A stretch of DNA of 56,966 nucleotides, filler included, from Fonticula-like sp. SCN 57-25 (lineage: Eukaryota), in NCBI GenBank assembly GCA_001724245.1. It is 4 parts of 4 records of this genome, joined end to end, with 100 filler letters (N's around TTAATTAATTAA, not from the genome) between each part and the next. Parts side by side here need not be neighbours in the genome. Positions count along the whole stretch, not along the records: positions 43,101 to 56,966 come from MEDX01000180.1; 3 more parts are not named here. One strand, given 5' to 3'. The stretch's first letter is position 1. Each line of letters begins with the position of its first letter. Shown one piece after another: positions 56,647 to 56,966 of this stretch. The notes below the pieces were generated by a model. That model saw nothing but the letters and a program-made list of their open reading frames with translations. It was not told where the DNA came from and made no database searches. Both the position numbers and the translations under genes were made by a program.

Positions 56647-56966
56647 TTATTTTGTCACAAATTTGACGGTTGCTCTACAAATAATACACTTGATGCCTTC
56701 GGGTTTTATCTCCACGGGGGAGCTCGAAACGTACGCATTGGCACACCATAAACACCCTACTGGATGGTTGCACTTGTCCGTGTAAATGGTCAGTGGTCTT
56801 TCCGAACACATGGTGCACGTGTCCCTTTCTTTATCGTCGGTAATTTCGAAAATGGGTAATATGCCATATTTCTCTGCCATTTTGAGCCTCTTGTTGTTGC
56901 GCTCCACTTCTTGTTCTGGTGAAATGTCTGGGATCCGGCGGGTGTATTGCTGCTCAATCTGCTGTA
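56647..56966 (-). CDS. C-terminal C3HC4 RING-finger protein (putative E3 ligase; 5' truncated)
   Basis: CTMC...KCNHPVGCLWC...KCIICRATV; the frame is open to the window edge. Confidence 0.82.
   Translation of the reverse strand, partial: QQIEQQYTRRIPDISPEQEVERNNKRLKMAEKYGILPIFEITDDKERDTCTMCSERPLTIYTDKCNHPVGCLWCANAYVSSSPVEIKPEGIKCIICRATVKFVTK

Larger units (their letters stand above)
43101..56966. mobile_element. Fragment of a large eukaryotic dsDNA virus, probably Duplodnaviria (mirusvirus/herpes-like)
   Basis: Terminase-like ATPase, RING protein, TM/secreted Cys-rich proteins, long uninterrupted ORFs, short A/T-homopolymer intergenic regions, AATAAA at gene ends, and base/codon usage distinct from contigs 1-3. 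No capsid or polymerase gene is in the window. Confidence 0.75.

Overview
This window is not one continuous locus. It is four contigs joined by artificial 100-nt spacers (N44-TTAATTAATTAA-N44 at 13342-13441, 29776-29875 and 43001-43100). Contigs 1-3 (1-43000) come from a compact, GC-rich microbial eukaryote with mostly ~50-70 nt GT-AG introns. They carry conserved housekeeping genes: LSG1, RLP24, JMJD5-like, JTB-like, a TBC RabGAP, a cytohesin-like PH gene, NTA1, FYVE-ARM, GT31 and GT49 glycosyltransferases, NIPA, SmD1, FAM136A, ISY1, SSU72, Aurora, VIP1, CWC22, a LEUNIG-type LUFS-polyQ-WD40 protein, a REC-PDE and MED16. This mix suggests an early-branching opisthokont (inference). Contig 4 (43101-56966) is very different: less GC-rich, with almost intron-free ORFs whose stop codons overlap AATAAA. 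It encodes the N-terminal half of a herpes/mirusvirus-type terminase ATPase (Walker A GRRFGKT), so it is most likely a fragment of a large eukaryotic duplodnavirus (Mirusviricota-like). Two things stand out. (1) The terminase reading frame breaks at a strong GTAAGC splice donor just before the expected Walker B, about where herpesvirus UL15 has its intron, and an opposite-strand gene lies inside the inferred intron. (2) There is a tandem family of four membrane-anchored or secreted proteins built from a ~48-aa six-cysteine repeat. The two large members share a 5-repeat + variable centre + 5-repeat layout, a candidate modular surface or adhesin system. All family assignments are by motif recognition only; no searches were run.
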